Assembly (NCBI GenBank): GCA_026770705.1
Contig: JANJGN010000121.1
Location: forward strand, 1,302,001 to 1,366,000
Origin: Isurus oxyrinchus
Taxonomy: Eukaryota
Direction of reading: 5' to 3'
DNA length: 64,000 bases
Position 1 is the first letter of the stretch; every line of letters begins with the position of its first letter. The translations under genes were made by a program, and so were the position numbers. Below the pieces are notes generated by a model. It saw nothing but the letters and a program-made list of their open reading frames with translations. It had not been told where the DNA came from and did not search any database. Shown here in pieces: positions 24,471-36,748 of the stretch.

Positions 24471-26171
24471 GTAATATCGTCAGCTCGGACAGGTTTAATG
24501 GTAATAGTCTTTGTAAAAGATCATTCTTATTGAGCTGTGATTGGGAACCGATTCAGGAGTGAGCCAGTGTACAAACTCACACCATGTCCCATTCACCCAC
24601 CATCCCTGTGCTCACTTATATACACTGACTCCCTGTCTCACAGCAGAATTGGAGGGGAGCAGAGATCTCAGAGTGTGGTAGGGGCCGGAGGAGGTTACAG
24701 ATTTGGGCAGGATTGTAGCGGCGAGAGCAGATGTCGGGTGTTGGTCAGTGAGCGAGGGGGATGATGGGTTGAGCAGGAAATCAGGGATGAAAACTGGGGG
24801 ATGAGGTCTATCCCGATGCTAGGACTATGAGAGCTATAACCTGAAATTAGTGTCTTTTGCTTATTTTGGCCAGAATTTCCCATGAAGACAACACAGCAGC
24901 TCCTAGAATAGACAGGATGTTCAGTGTCACACTTCCTGTCCATTCTCACCTTGCTAGAAAATTTAATAAGGGAGCAAGATAACTGAAAGACAGAAAGGAG
25001 GGAAAGCTGTCTATGTGTAAAACTGTCAAATATTCTGAGTTATCATGAGTGTCTCTGATCTGCTGCAGAGTTTAAATTTCAGAGAATCTTAGCATTTTGC
25101 AGCTCAGATAGACACCATTGACTCACTGCCTGAAAGGGCGGTGGAAGCAGAATCAACAGGAACTTTCAGAAGGGGAACTGGATAATTACTTGAAGGGGAC
25201 ATTTTGTAGGGCTGTGGAGGAGAGAGCAGAGGTGAGATGGGAATAAGTGGACAGATATTTCAAAGCCTCAACTATTCACAATCTACATTAGTGACTTGGA
25301 TGAAGAGACTGACTGTACTGTAGGCAGATTTTCTGACTGTATTGTGAAGATAGGTAGGAAATATATAAGCTGGGCAGGAAAGCAAGTTGTGAGGAGGACA
25401 CAAAGAGGCTGCAGAGGCAGATAAATAGTTTCAGTGAGTGGATAAAAAAATGAATGGTTGGCATATAAGGAGGAAAAATGTCAGGGTGTCCAGCTGATCC
25501 TATTTGTTCTGTTCTTTTATTCTTATACAGACACAGGGTTTACTGACAGTGCACAGCAAAGTGCTGTTCTCTCACTTTGTACCAACTTCCTCATTTTGTC
25601 TCACAGTGACACATCAGCTCTTTCTAATTAAATATACAGAGGGAGCAGCACAGGAAGAGGTCATTCAGCCCAAGCAGAGCGTGTGGGCAGTTCCTCCCCA
25701 GGCGAGCAGTCGGACAGGTCCTGAGTAAGTAACAGAACGATTGGAATTCACTTCCACGACCAACACCATCCTTTGTTGATGTTGTGACTTTATAAAGACA
25801 GATTCCAATGATTGATGTCTTTGAAAGATTTCTACTGATTATTGAGATCTGGGTGTGAGGCTCAAGTCTGTTGTACAGAACATCTTTCTAGCTCAAGGGA
25901 TGAGGGAAGTGCAGAGACATGAGCTTTGGGATGCCCTGAGGTGGTGAAAGGTGCTATAGAAATGTAAACCCTTCATTTTTTTTTCTTAAAGCCTTGTAAC
26001 TCCCTGCATAGCACATATCATTCCACAGAGAGTCAAATTAATCTGTCAAGACATTGTCTAAAAGCAGTTCTGATCTCTCGAGAGCTGTCGGACAAGAGGT
26101 GAGGTCTCAGTAACTCCTTTCTCTTTCAGAGCTTGAGAGTCAGAAGCTGATGGAATTTCTGGGAGTGGACA

Positions 26172-26211
26172 ATGATCGGGAAATCTTACTTCGTCCTGTC
26201 ACTTCTCCAAG
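26172..26211 (+). CDS. Leader exon, unit 3, MIGKSYFVLSLLQ (intact, weaker donor GTATT)
   Basis: Read from sequence. Confidence 0.65.
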
Positions 26212-27915
26212 GTATTATCACCGTCAGCTCGGACAATTTATGGTTAATAGTCTTTGTAAAAGATCATTCTTATTGATCTGTGATTGGGAACCGATTCAGG
26301 GGTGAGCCAGTGTACAAATTCACACCAAGTCCCATTCACCCACCATCACTGTGCTCACTTATATACACTGACTCCCTGTCTGTCAGCAGAATTGGAGGAG
26401 AGCAGAGATCTCAGAGTGAGGTAGGGGCTGGAGGAGGTTACAGAGTTGGGCAGGATTGTAGCAGCTAGACCAGATATCCGTCGTTGGTCAGTGAGCGAGG
26501 GCGATGATGGGTTGAGCAGGAAATCAAGGATAAAAACTGGGGTTGAAGTCTATCCTGATGCTAAGACTATGATAGCTATAACCTGAAATTAGTGTCTTTT
26601 GCTGATTTTAGTCAGAATTTCCCATGAAGACAACACAGCAGCTCCTAGAATAGACAGGCTGTTCAAACTGACACTTCCTGTCCATTCTCACCATGCTAGA
26701 AAAATCAATAAGGGCTCAAGATAACTGAAAGAGAGAAGGGAGGCAAAGCTGTCTGTGTGTAAAACAGTCAAATATTCTGAGTTCTCATGAGTGTCTCTGA
26801 TCTGCTGCAGAGTTTAAATTTCACAGAATCTGAGCACTTTGCAGCTCAGAGAGAGACCATTGACTCACTGCCTGAAAGGGCGGTGGAAGCAGATTCAACA
26901 GGAACTTTCAGAAGGGGAACTGGATAAATACTTGAAGGGGACATTTTGTAGGGCTGTGGAGGAGAGAGCAGAAGTGAAAGTGGGACTAATTGGACAGATC
27001 TTTCAAAGCCTCAACTATTCACAATCTATATTAGTAACTTGGATGAAGGGACAGACTGTACTGTAGTCAAATTTTCTGACTGTGTGGTGAAGATAGGTAC
27101 GAAATATTTAAGCTGGGCAGGAAAGTAAGTTGTGAGGAGGACACAAAGAGGCTGCAGAGGGAGATAAATAGTTTCAGTGAGTGGAAAAAAAAATGAGCGG
27201 ATGGAATATAAGGAATGAAAATATCAGGGTGTCCAGCTGATCCTATTTGTTCTGTTCTTATATTCTTATACAGACACAGGGTTTACTGACAGTGCACAGC
27301 AAAGTGCTGTTCTCTCACTTTGTTCCAACTTCCTCATTTTGTCTCACAGTGACACATCAACCCTTTCTAATTAAATACACAAAGGGAGCAGCACAGGAAG
27401 AGGTCATTCAGCTCAAGCAGAGCGTGTGGGCAGTTCCTCCCCAGGCGAGCAGTCGGATAGGTCCTGGGTAAGTAACGGAACGATTGGAATTCACTTCCAC
27501 GACCAACACCGTCCTTTGTTGATGTTGTGACTTTATAAACACAGATTCCAATGATTGATGCCTTTGAAAGATTTCTACTGATTATTGAGATCTGGGTGTG
27601 AGATTCAAGTCTATTGTACAGAACAGTTTTCTAGCTCAATAGATGAGGGAAGTGCAGAGACATGAAATTTGGGATTCCTAGATGGTGAAAGGCGCTATGG
27701 AAATGCAAGTCCTTCCTTGTTTTTCTTTCTTAAAGCCTTGTAACTCTCTGTAGAGCACCTATCATCCCACAGAGAACCAAATTAGTCTGTGAAGACATTG
27801 TCTAAAAGCAGTACTGATCTCTTGAGAGCTGTCGGACAAGAGGTGAGGTCTCATTAAATCCTTTTTCTTTCAGAGCTTGAGAGTGAGAAACTGATGAAAT
27901 ATCTGGGAGTGGACA

Positions 27916-27955
27916 ATAATCGGGAAATCTTACTTCGTCCTGTTGCTTCTCCAAG
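27916..27955 (+). pseudogene. Leader exon, unit 4, start lost (ATA)
   Basis: GGACAATAATC. Confidence 0.7.
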
Positions 27956-29677
27956 GTAATATCGTCAGCTCGAACAGATTTATGGTTAATAGTCTTTGTA
28001 AAAGATCATTCTCATTGAGCTGTGATTGGGAACTGATTCAGCAGTGAGCCAGTGTACAAACTCACACCAAGTCCCATTCACCCATCACCACTGTGCTCAC
28101 TGGTATACACTGACTCCCTGTCTGATAGCAGAATTGGAGGACAGCAGAAGTCTTGGATGCTTGTAGATGCTGGAGGAGGTTACAGAGTTAGGCAGGATTG
28201 TAGCAGCGAGAGCAGAACCTTAAAATTCAGGTGATGTCGGACGTTAGACAGTGACCAATGGGGATTGATGGGATGAGTAGAGAAGCAGGGAGAAATACTG
28301 GGGTATGAAGTCTATCCTGTTGCGAGGTCTCCGATAGCAATGGTCTGAAATTTGTTTCCTTTGCTGCCTTTATTCAAAATTTCCCATGTAGACAACACAG
28401 CAGCTCCTCGAATAGACAGGTTGTTCAGCATTGCACTTCCTGTCCATTCTCACCATGCTAGATACTTCAATAAGGGAGCAAGATAACTGAAAGAGAAAAG
28501 GAAGGCTAAGCTCTCTCTGTGTAAATGTCTCAAATATTCTGAGTTAACCTGAGTGTCTGATCCGCTGCAGAGTATAAATTTCACAGAATCTTAGCACTTT
28601 GCAGCTCAGAGAGAGACCATTGACTCACTGCCTGAAAGGGCGGTGGAAGCTGATTCAGCAAGAACTTTCAGAAGGGGAATTGGGTAAATACTTGAAGGGG
28701 ACATTTTGTAGGGCTGTGGAGAAGAGAGAGCAGAGGTGAGAGTGGGAATAATTGGACAGATCTTTCAAAGCCTCAACTATTCACAATCGACATTAGTGAC
28801 TTGGATGAAGAGACTGACTTCAATGTAGACAGATTTTCTGACTGTATGGTGCAGATAGCTAGGAAATATATAAGCTGAGCAGGAAAGCAAGTTGTGAGGA
28901 GGACACAAAGAGGCTGCAGAGGGAGATAAATAGTTTCAGTGAGTGGATAAAAAAATGAGCGGATGGAATATAAGGAGTGAAAATGTCAGGGTGTCCAGCT
29001 GATCCTACTTGTTCTGTTCTTATTTTCTTATACAGACACAGGGTTTACTGACAGTGCACAGCAAAGTGCTGTTCTCTCACTTTGTTCCAACTTCCTCATT
29101 TTGTCTCACAGAGACACATGAGCTCTTTCTAATTAAATACACAGAGGGAGCAGCACAGGAAGAGGTCATTCAGCCCAAGCAGAGCGTGTGGGCAGTTCCT
29201 CCCCAGGCGAGCAGTCGGACAGGTCCTGGGTAAGTAACAGAACGATTCGAATTCACTTCCACCACCAACACCGTCCTTTGTTGATGTTGTGACTTTATAA
29301 ACACAGATTCCAATGATTGATGCCTTTGAAAGATTTCTACTGATTATTGAGATCTGTGTGTGAGGTTCAGGTCTGTTGTACAGAATATCTTTCTAGCTCA
29401 AGGGATGAGGGAAGTGCAGAGACATGAGATTTGGGATGTCGTAGATGGTGAAAGGCGCTATGGAAATGCATACCTTCCTTGTTTTTCTTTCTTAAAGCCT
29501 TGTAACTCTCTGCAGAGCACCTATCATCCCACAGAGAACCAAATTAGTCTGTGAAGACATTGTCTAAAAGCAGTTCTGATCTCTCGTGAGCTGTCGGACA
29601 AGAGGTGAGGTCTCATTAAATCCTTTTTCTTTCAGAGCTTGAGAGTGAGAAACTGATGAAATATCTGGGAGTGGACA

Positions 29678-29717
29678 ATGATCGGGAAATCTTACTTCGT
29701 CCTGTTGCTTCTCCAAG
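29678..29717 (+). CDS. Leader exon, unit 5, MIGKSYFVLLLLQ (intact)
   Basis: Read from sequence. Confidence 0.7.
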
Positions 29718-31439
29718 GTAATATCGTCAGCTTGGACAGATTTATGGTTAATAGTCTTTGTAAAAGATCATTCTCATTGAGCTGTGATTGGGAACTGATT
29801 CAGCAGTGAGCCAGTGTACAAACTCACACCAAGTCCCATTCACCCATCACCACTGTGCTCACTGGTATACACTGACTCCCTGTCTGATAGCAGAATTGGA
29901 GGACAGCAGAAGTCTTGGATGCTTGTAGATGCTGGAGGAGGTTACAGAGTTAGGCAGGATTGTAGCAGCGAGAGCAGAACCTTAAAATTCAGGTGATGTC
30001 GGACGTTAGACAGTGACCAATGGGGATTGATGGGATGAGTAGAGAAGCAGGGAGAAATACTGGGGTATGAAGTCTATCCTGTTGCGAGGTCTCCGATAGC
30101 AATGGTCTGAAATTTGTTTCCTTTGCTGCCTTTATTCAAAATTTCCCATGTAGACAACACAGCAGCTCCTCGAATAGACAGGTTGTTCAGCATTGCACTT
30201 CCTGTCCATTCTCACCATGCTAGATACTTCAATAAGGGAGCAAGATAACTGAAAGAGAAAAGGAAGGCTAAGCTCTCTCTGTGTAAATGTCTCAAATATT
30301 CTGAGTTAACCTGAGTGTCTGATCCGCTGCAGAGTATAAATTTCACAGAATCTTAGCACTTTGCAGCTCAGAGAGAGACCATTGACTCACTGCCTGAAAG
30401 GGCGGTGGAAGCTGATTCAGCAAGAACTTTCAGAAGGGGAATTGGGTAAATACTTAAAGGGGACATTTTGTAGGGCTGTGGAGAAGAGAGAGCAGAGGTG
30501 AGAGTGGGAATAATTGGACAGATCTTTCAAAGCCTCAACTATTCACAATCGACATTAGTGACTTGGATGAAGAGACTGACTTCAATGTAGACAGATTTTC
30601 TGACTGTATGGTGCAGATAGCTAGGAAATATATAAGCTGAGCAGGAAAGCAAGTTGTGAGGTGGACACAAAGAGGCTGCAGAGGGAGATAAATAGTTTCA
30701 GTGAGTGGATAAAAAAATGAGTGGTTGGCATATAAGGAGGGAAAATGTTTTGGTGTCCAGCTGATCCTACTTGTTCTGTTCTTATATTCTTATACAGACA
30801 CAGGGTTTACTGACAGTGCACAGCAAAGTGCTGTTCACTCACTTTGTTCCAACTTCCTCATTTTGTCTCACAGTGACACATCAGCTCTTTCTAATTAAAT
30901 ACACAGAGGGAGCAGCACAGGAAGAGGTCATTCAGCCCAAGCAGAGCGTGTGGGCAGTTCCTCCCCAGGCGAGCAGTCGGACAGGTCCTGGGTAAGTAAC
31001 GGAACGATTGGAATTCACTTCCACCACCAACACCGTCCTTTGTTGATGTTGTGATTTTATAAAGACAGATTCCAATGATTGATGTCTTTGAAAGATTTCT
31101 ACTGATTATTGAGATCTGTGTGTGAGGTTCAGGTCTGTTGTACAGAATATCTTTCTAGCTCAAGGGATGAGGGAAGTGCAGAGACATGAGATTTGGGATG
31201 TCGTAGATGGTGAAAGGCGCTATGGAAATGCATACCTTCCTTGTTTTTCTTTCTTAAAGCCTTGTAACTCTCTGCAGAGCACCTATCATCCCACAGAGAA
31301 CCAAATTAGTCTGTGAAGACATTGTCTAAAAGCAGTACTGATCTCTTGAGAGCTGTCAGACAAGAGGTGAGGTCTCATTAAATCCTTTTTCTTTCAGAGC
31401 TTGAGAGTGAGAAACTGATGAAATATCTGGGAGTGGACA

Positions 31440-31479
31440 ATAATCGGGAAATTTTACTTCCTCCTGTCACTTCTCCAAG
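31440..31479 (+). pseudogene. Leader exon, unit 6, start lost (ATA)
   Basis: GGACAATAATC. Confidence 0.7.
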
Positions 31480-33199
31480 GTAATATCGTCAGCTCGAACA
31501 GATTTATGGTTAATAGTCTTTGTAAAAGATCATTCTCATTGAGCTGTGATTGGGAACTGATTCAGCAGTGAGCCAGTGTACAAACTCACACCAAGTCCCA
31601 TTCACCCATCACAACTGTGCTCACTGGTATACACTGACTCCCTGTCTGACAGCAGAATTGGAGGACAGCAGAAGTCTTGGATGCTTGTAGATGCTGGAGG
31701 AGGTTACAGAGTTAGGCAGGATTGTAGCAGCGAGAGCAGAACCTTAAAATTCAGGTGATGTCGGACATTAGACAGTGAGCAATGGGGATTGATGGGATGA
31801 GTAGAGAAGCATGGATAAATACTGGGGGATGAAGTCTATTCTGCTGCAAGGTCTCCGATAGCAATCGTCTGAAATTTGTTTCCTTTGCTGCCTTTATTCA
31901 AAACTTCCCATGAAGACAACACAGCAGCTCCTAGAATAGGCAGGCTGTTCAGTGTCACACTTCCTGTCCATTCTCACCATGCTAGATACTTCAATAAGGG
32001 ACAAGATAACTGAAAGAGAGAAGGAAGGTAAAGTTGTCTGTGTGTAAAACTGTCAAATATTTTGAGTTATCATGAGTGTATCTGATCTGCTGCAGAGTTT
32101 AAATTTCACAGAATCTTAGCACTTTGCAGCTCAGAGAGATACCATTGACTCACTGCCTGAAAGGGCGGTGGAAGCAGATTCAACAGGAACTTTCAGAAGT
32201 GGAACTGGATAAATACTTGAAGGGGACATTTTGTTGGGCTGTGGTGGAGAGAGCAGATGGGAGAGTGGGAATAATTGGACAGATCTTTCAAAGCCTCAAC
32301 TATTCACAAACTACAATGGCGACTTGGATGAAGAGACTGACTGTACTGTAGACAGATTTTCTGTCTGGTGCAGATAGGTACGAAATATATAAGCTGTGCA
32401 GGAAAGCAAGTTGTGAGGAGGGCACAAAGAGGCTGGAGAGGCAGATAAATAGTTTCAGTGAGTGGATAAAAAAATGAGTGGTTGGCATATAAGGAGGGAA
32501 AATGTCAGGGTGTCCAGCTGATCCTACTTGTTCTGCTCTTATATTCTTATACAGACACAAAGTTTACTGACAGTGTACAGCAAAGTGCTGTTCTCTCACT
32601 TTGTTCCAACTTCCTCATTTTGTCTCACAGTGACACATCAACCCTTTCTAATTAAATACACAGAGGGATCAGCACAGGAAGAGGTCATTCAGCCTTAGCA
32701 GAGCGTGTGGGCATGTTCCTCCCCAGGCGAGCAGTCGGACAGGTCCTGGGTAAGTAACGGAACAATTGGAATTCACTTCCACCACCAACACCGTCCTTTG
32801 TTGATGTTGTGACTTTATAAAGACAGATTCCAATGATTGATGCCTTTGAAAGATTTCTACTGATTATTGAGATCTGGGTGTGAGACTCAAGTCTGTTGTA
32901 CAGAACATCTTTCTAGCTCAAGGGATGAGGGAAGTGCACAGACATGAGCTTTGGGATGTCCTGAGGTGGTGAAAGGTGCTATAGAAATGAAAGTCCTTCC
33001 TTGTTTTTCTTTCTTAAAGCCTTGTTACTCTCTGCAGAGCACCTATCATCGCACATAGAATCAAATTAGTCGGTGAAGACATTATTTAAAAGCAGTTCTG
33101 ATCTCTCGACCGCTGTCGGACAAGACGTGAGGTCTCATTAAATCCTTTCTCTTTCAGACCTTGAGAGTGAGAAGCTGATGTAATATCTGGGAGTGGACA

Positions 33200-33239
33200 A
33201 TGATCGGGAAATCTTACTTCTTCCTGTCACTTCTCCAAG
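33200..33239 (+). CDS. Leader exon, unit 7, MIGKSYFFLSLLQ (intact)
   Basis: Read from sequence. Confidence 0.7.
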
Positions 33240-34948
33240 GTAATATCATCGTCAGCTCAGACAGTTTTATGGTTAATAGTCTTTGTAAAAGGTCATTCTT
33301 ATTGATTTGTGATAGGGAACTGATTCAGCAGTGAGCCAGTGTACAAACTCACACCATATCCCATTCACCCATCACCCCTGTGCTCACTGACGTACACTGA
33401 CTCCCTGTCTGACAGCAGAATTGGAGGAGAGCAGAGGTCTTGGAGGGTTGTAGGGGCTGGAGAAGGTTACAGAGTTGGGCAGGATTGTAGCGGCGAGATC
33501 AGATGTCGGGCGTTGGCCAGTGAGCGAGGCGGAGTGATAGTTTGAGCAGGAAATCAGGGATGAAAACTGGGGGATGAAGTCTATCCCGATGCTAAGACTA
33601 TGATAGCTATAAGCTGAAATTAGTGTCTGTTGCTGATTTTAGTCAGAATTTCCCATGAAGACAGCACAGCAGCTCCTAGAATAGACAGGCTGTTCAGTGT
33701 CACACTTCCTGTCCATTCTCACCTTGCTAGATACTTCAATAAGGGAGCAAGATAACTGAAAGAGAGAAGGAAGGTAAAGCTGTCTGTGTGTAAAACTGTC
33801 AAATATTCTGAGTTATCATGATTGTCTCTGACCTGCTGCAGAGTTTAAATTTCACAGAATCTGAGCACTTTGCAGCTCAGAGAGAGACCATTGACTCACT
33901 GCCTGAAAGGGCGGTGGAAGCAGATTCAACAGGAACTTTCAGAAGGGGAACTGGATAAATACTTGAAGGGGACATTTTGTAGGGCTGTGGAGGAGAGAGC
34001 AGAGGTGAGTGTGGGAATAAGTGGACAGATCTTTCAAAGCCTCAACTATTCACAATCTACATTAGTAACTTGGATGAAGGGACTGACTGTACTGTAGGCA
34101 GATTTTCTGACTGTATGGTGCAGATAGGTACGAAATATATAAGCTGGGCAGTAAAGGAAATTGTGAGGAGGACACAAAGAGGCTGCAGAGGGAGATAAAT
34201 AGTTTCAGTGGGTGAATAAAAAAATGAGTGGATGGAATATAAGGAATGAAAATGTCAGGGTGTCCAGCTGATCCTACTTGTTCTGTTCTTATATCCTTAT
34301 ACAGACACAGGGTTTACTGACAGTGCACAGCAAAGTGCTGTTCTCTCACTTTGTTCCAACTTCCTCATTTTGTCTCACAGTGACACATCAGCTCTTTCTA
34401 ATTAAATACACAGAGGGAGCAGCACAGGAAGAGGTCATTCAGCCCAAGCAGAGCGTGTGGGCAGTTCCTCCCCAGGCGAGCAGTCGGACAGGTCCTGGGT
34501 AAGTAACGGAACGATTGGAATTCACTTCCACGACCAATACCGTCCTTTGTTGATGTTGTGATTTTATAAGGACAGATTCCAATGATTGATGCCTTTGAAA
34601 GATTTCTACTGATTATTGAGATCTGGGTGTGAGGCTCAAGTCTGTTGTACAGAACATCTTTCTAGCTCAATAGATGAGGGAAGTGCAGAGACATGAGATT
34701 TGGGATGTCCTGAGGTGGTGAAAGGTGCTATAGGAATGCAAGTCCTTCCTTGTTTTTCTTTCTTTAAGCCATATAACTCTCTGTAGAGCACCTATCATCC
34801 CACAGAGAATCAAATTAGTCTGTGAAGACATTGTCTAAAAGCAGTTCTGATCTCTCGAGTGCTGTCAGACAAGAGGTGAGGTCTCAGTAACTCATTTCTC
34901 TTTCAGAGCTTGAGAGTGAGAACCTGATGAAATATCTGGGAGTGGACA

Positions 34949-34988
34949 ATGATTGGGAAATCTTTCTTCCTTCTGTCACTTCTCCAAG
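34949..34988 (+). CDS. Leader exon, unit 8, MIGKSFFLLSLLQ (intact)
   Basis: Read from sequence. Confidence 0.7.
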
Positions 34989-36708
34989 GTAATATCTTCA
35001 GCTCTGACAGATTTATGGGTAATAGTCTTTGTAAAAGAGCATTCTTATTGATCTGTGATTGGGAACCGATTCAGCAGTGACACGGTCTACAAACTCACAC
35101 CAAGTCCCAATCACCGAACAGCCCTGTGCTCACTTATATACACGGACTTCTTGTACGACAGCAGAATTGGAGGAGAGCAGAGGTCTTGGATGGTTGTAGA
35201 TTCTGGTGGAGGTTACAGAGTTAGACAGGTTTGTAGAAGCTAGAGCAGAATCTTAAAATTCAGTAGCTGTCGGACCTTTGTCAGTGAGCAATGGGGATTG
35301 AAGGGTCGAGTAGAGAAGCAGGGATAAATAATGGGGGATGAAGTCCGTCCTAATGTGAGATCTCCGATATCAATGGCCTGAAATATGTGCCCGTTGCTGC
35401 CTTTATTCGAAATTGCCCATGAAGACAACACAGTAGCTCCAAGAATAGACAGGCTGTTCAGTGTCACACTTCCTGTCCATTCTCACCTTGCTAGATACTT
35501 CAATAAGAGAGCAAGATAACTGAAAGAGAAAGGAAGGCAAAGCTGTCTGTGTGTAAAACTGTCAAATATTCTGAGTTCTCATGATTGTCTCTGATCTGCT
35601 GCAGAGTTTAAATTTCACAGAATCTTAGCACTTTGCAGCTCAGAGAGAGACCATTGACTCACTGCCTGAAAGGGCAGTGGAAGCAGATTCAACAGGAACT
35701 TTCAGAAGGGGAACTGGATAAATACTTGAAGGGGACATTTTGCAGGGCTATGGAGGAGAGAGTAGAGGTGAGAGTGGGAATAATTGGACAGATCTTTCAA
35801 AGCCTCAACTATTCACAATCTACATTAGTGACTTGGATGAAGAGACTGACTGTACTGTAGACAGATTTTCTGACTGTGTGGTGAAGATAGGTAGGAAATA
35901 TGTAAGCTGGACAGGAAAGCAAGTTGTGAGGAGGGCACAAAGAGGCGGTAGAGGGAGACAAATAGTTTTAGTGGGTGGACAAAAAAATGAATGGTTGGCA
36001 TATAAGGGGGGAAATGTCAGGGTGTCCAGCTGATCCTACTTGTTCTGTTCTTATATTCTTATACAGACACAGGGTTTACTGACAGTGCACAGCAAAGTGC
36101 TGTTCTCTCACTTTGTTCCAACTTCCTCATTTTGTCTCACAGTGACACATCCACCCTTTCTAATTAAATACACAGAGGGAGCAGCACAGGAAGAGGTCAT
36201 TCAGCCCAAGCAGAGCGTGTGGGCAGTTCCTCCCCAGGCGAGCAGTCGGACAGGTCCTGGGTAAGTAACGGAATGATTGGAATTCACTTCCACGACCAAC
36301 ACCGTCCTTTTTGATGTTGTGACTTTATAAAGACAGATTCCAATGATTGATGCCGTTGAAAGATTTCTACTGATTATTGAGATCTGGGTGTGAGGTTCAA
36401 GTCTGTTGTACAGAACATCTTTCTAGCTCAAGGGATGAGACAAGTGCAGAGACATGAGATTTGGGATGTCCTAGATGGTGAAGAGCACTATTGAAATGCA
36501 AGTCCTTCCTTGCTTTTCTTTCTTAAAGCCTTGTAGCTCACTGCAGAGCACCTATCATCCCACAGAGAACCAAATTAGTCTATGAAGACATTGTCTAAAA
36601 GCAGTTCTGATCTCTCGAGAGCTGTCGGACAAGAGGTGAGGTCTCATTAAATCCATTTTCTTTCAGAGCTTGAGAGTGAGAAACTGATGAAATATCTGGG
36701 AGTGGACA

Positions 36709-36748
36709 ATGATCGGGAAATCTTACTTCGTCCTGTCGCTTCTCCAAG
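36709..36748 (+). CDS. Leader exon, unit 9, MIGKSYFVLSLLQ (intact)
   Basis: Read from sequence. Confidence 0.7.
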
